Positions 63,630-64,000 of a DNA stretch of 64,000 nt are shown here, one piece after another (position 1 is the stretch's first letter; every line of letters begins with the position of its first letter). Location: positions 31,062,001 through 31,126,000 of the forward strand of contig NC_043010.1 of NCBI RefSeq assembly GCF_006345805.1, given 5' to 3'. Source of the DNA: Octopus sinensis. Taxonomy: Eukaryota. The position numbers and the translations under genes were made by a program. The notes below the pieces were generated by a model, which saw nothing but the letters and a program-made list of their open reading frames with translations, was not told where the DNA came from and ran no database searches.

Positions 63630-64000
63630 CGAACCCCCGGGAAAGCCCTCCATCCCCCACCCAAAAACAACCACCCTTAAAAAATTTTTTTCGACCCCCC
63701 CCCCTCCTTTTCGGCTACGGGAATACGAATCTGAAAAAAAATTCCAAAAATTTTTGTAAAATTCTTTTTTAAGAATTTATTTTTTTCTAAATATGCAGAA
63801 AAATACGAACATTATGATTCGGACAAAAATTTCAAAACATTTCCGTACTGACGGTTACGGTTAGGGTTAGGGTTAAGGTTTTAGGGTTAATGTTGAGGAA
63901 AAAGTAAAATTGAAGAAGTTGGGGGGAGGGAAGGGGGAGGGCGAAAATTTCACAATACCGATTTTTGGTAATTTTCCGAAACCTCCGTATCCGAAAAACG
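63630..64000. mobile_element. Repeat with TTAGGG-like run, related to the 18029-18400 spacer, cut by the window end
   Basis: ggttacggttagggttagggttaaggttttagggtt. aaaagtaaaattgaagaagttggggg matches aaaagtgaaaattgaagaatttgagcgggg at 18229-18258. Confidence 0.55.

Noticed and set aside
63853-63888. Interstitial telomere or chromosome fusion site
   Set aside because: Only a few degenerate units, embedded in a dispersed repeat family, with no head-to-head array.

Overview
AT-rich, repeat-dense eukaryotic DNA, most likely octopus (inferred from the repeat families and the C2H2 cluster). It holds four multi-finger C2H2 zinc-finger genes arranged +,+,-,-: 2812-3849 (11 fingers); 26340-27281 (10 fingers, one missed by the ORF track, probably spliced to a short coding exon at 23924-23984); 40551-41450 (10 fingers); 52684-53409 (8 finger positions, 2 degenerate). 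Between them are kilobase TA-rich arrays, tRNA-headed SINE-like repeats and decayed mobile elements: CR1/L2-group, RTE, Tx1/L1 and CRE-type LINE remnants, two Penelope-like GIY-YIG remnants, a CsRn1-type Ty3/Gypsy element, a hAT transposase remnant, and mariner, TTAA-flanked and foldback MITEs. Highlights: a complete minimal hammerhead ribozyme motif at 7032-7074 (minus) inside the TA array; a ZNF whose helices predict (GAA)n binding, with (TTC)n tracts in the neighbouring gene region; a ZNF with 3-finger periodicity; several long inverted repeats that could form dsRNA; and a same-strand cluster of eight copies of one short motif at 15.3-18.5 kb. All calls are by eye, with no database searches. 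Repeat boundaries are approximate.
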